From the NCBI GenBank assembly GCA_002633005.1, contig NMRA01000134.1, forward strand, positions 655,719-719,718: a stretch of 64,000 nt of DNA. Direction: 5' to 3'. This DNA comes from Phoronis australis. Taxonomy: Eukaryota; Animalia; Phoronida. The notes under the pieces were generated by a model. That model did no database searches. It was not told the DNA's origin and saw only the letters and a list, made by a program, of their open reading frames with translations. Of this stretch, positions 63,771 to 64,000 are shown piece after piece; position 1 is the stretch's first letter; every line of letters begins with the position of its first letter. Both the position numbers and the translations under genes were made by a program.

Positions 63771-64000
63771 CCGTAATCGTTCGGGTTAACGCCCATGCTC
63801 AGTTAACCGCCCACCCCCGACTTTAAGTGGATTTTCGATTTAACCGCCCACTGCTCAGTTAAGCGCCCCCCTGCGATTTTTGAAGATTTCCAGTTAAGCG
63901 CCCACCTCTCGGTTAAGCGCCCATCCCCGACTTTTAAAGAATGAAGATTTAGCGCCTATTGCTAAGGAAACGCGCGATTCCCCGACTTTTAGAAAAAGAT
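63771..64000. mobile_element. Left end of a related CCGTA-terminus MITE, truncated by the window edge
   Basis: ta|ccgtaatcgttcgggttaacgccca followed by repeated gttaa(c/g)cgccca units. Confidence 0.7.

Overview
Eukaryotic (metazoan, probably marine invertebrate) draft-assembly DNA: AT-rich, rich in introns and transposable elements (TEs), with single-n joins and one 50-N gap. Three genes can be read by hand. (1) A complete 10-exon class I Rab11 family-interacting protein on + (5169..28180; C2 domain, two NPF motifs, C-terminal Rab11-binding domain; 504 aa from my splice model). (2) A NUPR1/p8-like gene on - (40874..33738), convergent with it. (3) Only the first coding exon of a probable kinesin-4 (KIF21-like) gene on + at 45254, followed by more than 18 kb of apparent intron. 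Two apparent exon duplications in the Rab11-FIP gene abut single n's and are most likely uncollapsed haplotypes. The rest is TE debris: a DD37D (maT) Tc1/mariner, TA- and TAA-flanked MITEs, two THAP remnants (one Kolobok-like), a DINE-1/Helentron-like element carrying six CTCF-type motifs, Penelope-like palindromes with hammerhead-like cores, and mini/microsatellites. I see no clearly new multi-gene system. The best second-look items are the hammerhead-like palindrome, the CTCF-motif-bearing Helentron, a copy-specific perfect hairpin, and a minisatellite built from a 5' splice site. All family assignments come from motif recall, not database searches.
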